Shown: positions 62,873 through 64,000 of the stretch, piece by piece | How positions within the stretch are numbered: position 1 is the first letter of the stretch | How the letters are laid out: the number at the start of each line of letters is the position of its first letter | From: Heterodontus francisci | Lineage: Eukaryota | Direction: 5' to 3' | Length of the DNA: 64,000 nt | Assembly: GCF_036365525.1 (NCBI RefSeq) | Contig: NC_090418.1 | Location: forward strand, 10,974,856-11,038,855 | Position numbers and translations under genes: made by a program | Notes under the pieces: model-generated | Database searches by the model: none | What the model saw: the letters and a program-made list of their open reading frames with translations, nothing else | What the model was told of the DNA's origin: nothing

Positions 62873-64000
62873 GGTAGACTTCCCACGTGCTGGAGGGACT
62901 CCCAACCCATTGGGGCTCAGGGCAGGAATGCCATCCTCCACCATTCTCCTCTTCCCCCCCCCCCCCCCCCCCCCCGGTTGAACCAGATGGAGTCGGGAAC
63001 GGCGACAGGCATTCCCCGTCCCGCTTTCCCTTCCGATTCCACGACCTCCTACGAACCTATGAATTAGGAGCAGAAGCAGGCCATTCAGCCCCTCGAGCCT
63101 GCTCTGCCATCAATGAGATCATGGATGATCTGTTTGTGTCTGAATTCCACACTGCTTGGAAACATGTGTTTTGTGTTGCAGGTCTGACTGACTGACTGGG
63201 GGCCAGGAGAGCAAGTCATCGGCGTAAAGAAGTTCACAGATGAGTTTTTCCTGTACCTTTGTGTGAGTCTGAAGACGCCTGAGGTTGGAAAGGTCTCCAT
63301 CAGTCCGGCAGTGAACGTAAACTCCATCCTCAAGGTCTTCCGTTGCCTGCTGCACCATCATGCTGTGCAGGAAACGCGAGCAAACTCTGATCATTGTCAA
63401 ATGATCAATAAAGCAATGATACTTGTATCTGGTAGCTCATTTGTCACTGGATCCTCTTAATTGACTCATTTAATGTATCTAATCACTGGTATCAGCCTGG
63501 AACGAGACTTGAGGTGGTGAGGTAGAACTGGATGTTATCAACATATATGTGGAAACTGACTGTCTTTAGATCACCAAGGGGCAGCATGCCAATAAATAAG
63601 AGGGAGCTGATCGAACCTTGTGCCACACTGGAAAGTGTTTCTGGAGTAGCACGAGTAGATGTTCCTATGGCTCGGACTGGATTGCTAAGAATAGAAGCAG
63701 GTGACTTTAAAGCAGCTGCCCAATGAGGGAGAGGAATTGGAGAAGCAGGTTGTGGTTGCTCCTGGCAGACTGCAGCTAGGTCAGGAATGACGGAGGGATA
63801 GTTTATCACGGTTGCAACATTCCATTATGTTTTTGATGAGCCATTCTGGTGTTGCGATCGCCGTACTGCTAATTGGAGTGATGACAAACATGGGGGTCCC
63901 ATTTGTCTGGAACTCAATATGGGAGGTGTCATGTTCAAGGATGTTGGTGATGGAGAGAGAGGTAGATTACAAGGACAGAGGGGTCAGCTTGCTTGAGAAG
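62873..64000 (+). repeat. Start of tandem unit 3 (runs off the window)
   Basis: Matches 1-~1110 and 31704-~32813, with small private indels (longer C-run near 62954, extra GACT near 63190). Confidence 0.95.

Noticed and set aside
1-64000. CRISPR arrays, rRNA/tRNA genes, prokaryotic operons or defence systems
   Set aside because: The sequence is eukaryotic with spliceosomal introns. No repeat-spacer array is present, and the tRNA-like boxes belong to SINE heads.

Overview
Repeat-rich vertebrate genomic DNA, most likely a cartilaginous fish (inferred from the CR1/SINE families; species not determinable). The window is a tandem array of a ~31-32 kb unit: unit 1 = 1-31703, unit 2 = 31704-62872, and the start of unit 3 at 62873, about 99% identical. 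Each unit holds two apparently intact spliced genes arranged head-to-head. One is a 9-exon, transmembrane-anchored zona pellucida ZP3/ZPC egg-coat gene (+ strand, 464 aa) with a TATA/E-box/multi-CCAAT promoter. The other is a divergent NAT16/HISAT-family GNAT acetyltransferase (- strand, ~320-350 aa). The rest is decayed transposons: CR1, L2, RTE, Penelope, a Gmr1-type LTR element, SINEs and a Harbinger-like MITE, several of them nested. At each unit junction, next to a CTCF-consensus motif, lies an ~835 bp collinear 'ghost' of an older copy of the same cassette that ends in the tail of a divergent ZP3 paralog. ZP3 differs between units more than NAT16 does, mostly by amino-acid changes. All exon models and substitution counts were made by eye.
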